Assembly: GCF_001194135.2 (NCBI RefSeq)
Contig: NC_068982.1
Location: forward strand, 6,307,114-6,371,113
DNA: 64,000 nt
Origin: Octopus bimaculoides
Taxonomy: Eukaryota
Reading direction: 5' to 3'
Below are positions 62,389-64,000 of this stretch, piece by piece (position 1 is the first letter of the stretch; each line of letters opens with the position of its first letter). Below the pieces are notes generated by a model. It saw only the letters and a program-made list of their open reading frames with translations, did no database searches and was not told where the DNA came from. The position numbers were made by a program, and so were the translations under genes.

Positions 62389-64000
62389 TCACGAAGCAAT
62401 GATCACTTCCCTCGGAATTTAGAATAAAGACGACTTGAACATTCGTCTCACAAGTCAACGTTCAATATTTCACTGTTATAATCAGTGAACGTCATCGCAT
62501 GTTGTGAACTTCATTTGATATACTTTAAAACTGTTTCATATCAATTTCAAGCAATAAGTACTATAACTAAATTTATACAGTTCGAATACATACAAGAAGA
62601 ATTAAAATTCACCACGCGTAAAGTTGAAATTATTTGATAGAATCAACGAGGAAAATATTGGCTGGATTACACCAAGGTGTCACGACATGAAAAGTGAAAC
62701 ATTATCTGGAATGTATATTATCCACTGGAAATGAAATTTTATCTCTTGATGGAAAATAATGGTTATATAAAAATTAAATAATGTTTTCCAATGGTATGTG
62801 TGAGATTGAACCTACAATCTAAGAAGTTGCATTTAAAACAGACTTTGAAGATAAATTCAGTATCTAGTATATCTAGATGATTTTTTATCCAGGTGTTTTG
62901 GAATATTTAAGTATTTCTTAGATTGTGGTGCGTATGCATAATTATGATTTTGTAAGTAACAGTTTACGTGGTTTGAATAGAAGCAAGATATTGAAACAGG
63001 ATTGGTAGAATCACTGAAGGCTTTGGTATATATAAATTGGATATTAACGTTGCAACTTCCTTATTCAGACAAAAAAAAAATGATCAGTGGCATCTTGCGA
63101 GATTTTCTTTAATTTGTCTTTTCCATTCATTTCCTTAACCAGAGCTTGGCAACTTATTTCCCGTTGCACTATTCAAGCAAAACCTATTTCACAAGAATTA
63201 TCCTTCATATTTTTAACATAAAGGAACACAAAGTGAAAGATTTCTCCAATAAATACTTACAATTAATGCTTTCACTATCTTGATGTTATTTATATTTGAG
63301 TAAAATTCATTGCAAATTATATTCACTGAGAAAATAACCTATTGAAAATAAATTAGAAGTGATTACACTTGCAGCAAAGAAAGTAGGTAAACTTGTAACA
63401 TCAGCTCTTTCTTAAATGAGCGCCATGATTTTGGTAAGGGCTAAAAGGAAGTAGTTGATAGCAATATTTAGTTTTACGAATTAAATCATTAACATTTGAT
63501 GACATTTAGTATTTTAAGTCCACTTTCTTAATAATAGTTGAATTTGAATTCAATGATGGACACTCCTCTCTTCTTTGCTTTGTCGAAATAAGTTATTATT
63601 AACCACATTAACGCAATATTCAAGAGAATTTGGTAGAATGGAAAACCGCAGAAGGCTAATAAAACTTACGCTTATCAAATGTGCACTGAATCTATCTATC
63701 TGCCTATCTATCTATCTATCTCTCTATCTATCTCTTCTCACGGACGTGCTGTCACATCGGCTGCGAAGGTAAACGTTTATTTGACCTTTTACTATCCACA
63801 TTTTGTTGGAATTTTTAAATAATTTTGTTGCGAAGCACCTAGGCTTCATTTGTGTGTATTTTCAAGGGCAGGAATTGACCCCCAGGGGCAGTTTCGGCCC
63901 TAGCAAAATACAAAAATTTCCTTCTTGACATTTGAAAAATGTCGAGAAACATAATTTTGGAACGCTTGTCTTGTTCTTTTGACAAGCATTTCCCGAGGCT

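Noticed and set aside
1-64000. CRISPR array or prokaryotic-type systems
   Set aside because: No regularly spaced repeat-spacer array or operon-like ORFs; the sequence is eukaryotic intergenic or intronic.

Overview
AT-rich, microsatellite-dense eukaryotic scaffold with many N gaps. The repeat content suggests a coleoid cephalopod, probably Octopus (inference from recalled repeat sequences, not a database hit). I found no confidently supported protein-coding gene, rRNA, intact tRNA or CRISPR array; nearly all long ORFs in the track are microsatellite or N artefacts. The window is a transposon graveyard: four tRNA-headed SINE-like families (called A-D here), decayed Tc1/mariner, piggyBac, RTE, RLE-type LINE and Penelope-like (GIY-YIG) remnants, and a Helentron-like end. 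The main unexplained signal is a set of hammerhead ribozyme (HHR) motifs of minimal type I architecture with palindromic stem III. Six copies sit in the tail of tRNA-headed family D (one with a fully intact core at 59295-59340, minus strand), twice arranged as inverted pairs. Three to five more HHR-like motifs of unrelated sequence lie in Penelope-like termini. Also notable: apparent serial SINE insertion into the same target site, SINE head and tail swapping, and a ~150-180 bp near-perfect foldback. Coordinates were read by eye and repeat boundaries are approximate.
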